Shown here in pieces: positions 33,830 to 36,488 of a stretch of 36,488 nt of DNA (positions are counted from its first letter, which is position 1; the number at the start of each line of letters is the position of its first letter). The stretch is from Octopus bimaculoides (Eukaryota): contig NC_069004.1 in assembly GCF_001194135.2 (NCBI RefSeq), positions 5,430,626 to 5,467,113 on the forward strand. Direction: 5' to 3'. The translations under genes were made by a program, and so were the position numbers. The notes below the pieces were generated by a model that did not search any database, had not been told where the DNA came from, and saw only the letters and a program-made list of their open reading frames with translations.

Positions 33830-34219
33830 TTCAATATTTCTATGGACCCTTTACCTACTTTAATGGAATGTTGTAGGCTTCATGCCTGTGCCAGGTAAAA
33901 TAAATAGGCATTTACCTTTCCCTGCAATTAAGGTATGTCTTTTTAATTTTATGTCTCACAGTCACACCCTTATCTATACACACGCACCCCCCCCCCATAT
34001 ATATATAGTCAAGAAACGGTACATATTTATCTACTAATATATTTTCCTTCATAGTTTGATTTGATTTTGTGGATAATAAACTCAAATATACCTGATGAAA
34101 TGGTATGGTTATGTAACAATATACAATTATGTAATATTCTGTAATAAAAAGTATTACTGGATAAATAGCCATGCTATTGAAATGTGTATAACAATGACTT
34201 TATACTGGCACAACCCATG

Positions 34220-34250
<31 letters not shown>

Positions 34251-34918
34251 GAACAGCCATGTTAATTTCATGGCTGTTCCATTAATTGGATCAGCTAGAA
34301 CACTCATTGTCGTAACTGATGGCATGCCAATTTTATATAAATTTGTACGTTATATATATATATATGTGTGTGTATGTGTGTGAGTGTGTGTGTTATATGG
34401 CTCGTGTTTCAAACCTTTTCTATCTAGTATATTAGGTTATGCAAAACAATGCATCGCTCCTTCCATACAGCTGCATGGCTAATGTATAGAAAAAAGTGTG
34501 GAGGTAGTGTGCCTCATAGCTCTAAGCAGGGAGATTTCTACGAAGGATTTTTATGATCATATTTAGCTTTTGACGTGTTTATAGCTTGTTGTATTTATTA
34601 GAACGAGCCATATGTCATTCTTGACATCATGCTGCTGTCTGAACAAAGTGCGTAAAATGTAAAAGTTAAATAACAGCATATGGCTCAACCAAAGACAGAC
34701 AAATGATTATACTCTATATTATGTGTTGAGTAGTTTTTATAATTTTTTTTTTTTTTTACTCTTGTTCACTACAAAACAAAATGTGTATATGCGTTCTACG
34801 AGTCTCTCTATTCACACACACACACACACACAATGTCTGTGTGAATGTTTGCTTTGTTTCATAACGTGAAATGCTACAGGTGAAACTTGATGAGTGTGAT
34901 TGATATATACACACATAC

Positions 34919-34958
<40 letters not shown>

Positions 34959-35669
34959 GGGGTGGGTGGGGATTTCTTCCAAAGTACCTGAGGGAATGGG
35001 GAAGTTCTGTGTTGGGTGGGTCTGCGTTAGTGATTGATGTAGGGCAGATAAAGATGGTTTGGCATCTTCAACTTCATCTTCTTTCTCCACCTCCTCCTCA
35101 ACCTCTGTTGTCATCACCATCATCATCATCATCATCATCATCATCATGATCCAAATCTTATCTCATACTTTTTTCTTCCAGCTCCCTCCCTCCTTCTCTC
35201 TCTCTCTCTCTCCCCACACACANNNNNNNNNNNNNNNNNNNNNNNNNNNNNNNNNNNNNNNNNNNNNNNNNNNNNNNNNNNNNNNNNNNNNNNNNNNNNN
35301 NNNNNNNNNNNNNNNNNNNNNNNNNNNNNNNNNNNNNNNNNNNNNNNNNNNNNNNNNNNNNNNNNNNNNNNNNNNNNNNNNNNNNNNNNNNNNNNNNNNN
35401 NNNNNNNNNNNNNNNNNNNNNNNNNNNNNNNNNNNNNNNNNNNNNNNNNNNNNNNNNNNNNNNNNNNNNNNNNNNNNNNNNNNNNNNNNNNNNNNNNNNN
35501 NNNNNNNNNNNNNNNNNNNNNNNNNNNNNNNNNNNNNNNNNNNNNNNNNNNNNNNNNNNNNNNNNNNNNNNNNNNNNNNNNNNNNNNNNNNNNNNNNNNN
35601 NNNNNNNNNNNNNNNNNNNNNNNNNNNNNNNNNNNNNNNNNNNNNNNNNNNNNNNNNNNNNNNNNNNNN

Positions 35670-36102
35670 CTTCATCCTCAATCTATCACCTCACAAACTC
35701 CCTCTCTCTAATGTTCATATGCATTCACTTTCTCTCATTATCTCTCTCTCTCTCTCTCTCTTTGCCTCTTTCGTTTTATCTTTCTTCCTTTCTTTCATGT
35801 GTGTATGTGTGTGTGTGTGTGTGTGAAGTTGAATATACATATACTCTCTTTTTCACTCTCTCTCATCCTTCTTTCTCTCCTTCTCTTTTTATTACTTTTA
35901 CTCTTTCTCTATTACTCTCTCTTTCACTCTCTCACCATTACTCTTCCTCTCTCTCTCCCTCTCTTTATTTCTCTCTCACTTTATTACTCTGTTTCTGTCT
36001 CTCCCCCTCTCTCTCACTCCCTTTCTCTCCCCTCTCTCTTTCTCTCACTCTTCTCTCTCTCCCCTCTCTCTTTCTCTCTCTTTCTCTCACTCTTCTCTCT
36101 CT
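35670..36102. repeat. (CT)-rich polypyrimidine field with (TG)n
   Basis: Directly visible. Confidence 0.93.
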
Positions 36103-36475
36103 TTCTGCGACCACATCACCCCTAACATCTGGCCAGCTAATTCCCCAGACTGCAACCCCCTTGATAATTATGTATGGGACACAGTTGAGCGAGAGACCAA
36201 CAAAACTCCTTGTAACACCAAAGATGAACTGAAGGCAAGGATTATGGCAGCATTCACCAACTTAAAGAGGGAGACCATCCAGAAGAGTTGCAGGAGATTC
36301 TGACGTCGTCTGGAGGCTGTGGCTGAAGCCAATGGCGATTTTATTGAATAAATTTACTCTTTAGTATTTTAAAATATTTTTATGCAATTTTGGTAAATAT
36401 ATCTGTGAAAATGAGATGACACAGTGTTGTTTTCATTTTTGAGTAATTTAGACAACAGTTTATTCACCGCATCCT
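36103..36475 (+). mobile_element. Tc1/mariner (DD37D maT-like) right half: transposase C-terminus, UTR, decayed TIR
   Basis: FCDHITPNIWPANSPDCNPLDNYVWDTVERETNKTPCNTKDELKARIMAAFTNLKRETIQKSCRRF*RRLEAVAEANGDFIE* (36103-36351; WPxNSPDxNPLD motif; internal TGA at 36301); TTATTCACCGCATCC end. Confidence 0.9.
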
Positions 36476-36488
36476 CTCTCTCTCTCTC

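Overview
Eukaryotic, AT-rich, repeat-saturated draft-assembly DNA with about 10 N-gaps. From memory, the interspersed repeat families resemble those of Octopus/coleoid cephalopods; this is recall, not a database result. I find no intact host protein-coding gene, and almost all ORFs in the track are microsatellite translations or gap read-through. The protein-coding signals I do recognise are all transposon relics: a 5'-truncated but open R4/Dong-type RLE retrotransposon end inside a (TAA)n array (1030-1615, -), an RTE LINE fragment split by a hAT MITE (about 20060-21080, -), an RTE 3' end, a Helitron PIF1 helicase relic (30455-30895), and three Tc1/mariner C-terminal fragments. About 30 SINE-like copies and fragments fall into roughly 6 families, labelled A/B, C, D, E and F here (my labels). 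The most interesting signal is a set of hammerhead-ribozyme (HHR) cores in different repeat elements. (i) A complete HHR whose strands are in non-circularly-permuted, pseudoknotted order (17785-17863, -). (ii) A minimal type I HHR inside a tRNA-headed SINE flanked by a 13-bp direct repeat (10051-10274, -). (iii) A variant minimal HHR at the end of a 55-bp near-perfect fold-back (18051-18204). (iv) Two decayed Penelope-type HHR termini. There is also a textbook branch point/poly-T/AG|GTAAGT junction at 33797-33829, which suggests a recursive splice site in a long + strand intron. Repeat boundaries are read by eye and approximate (about +/-10-20 bp) unless exact motifs are quoted.
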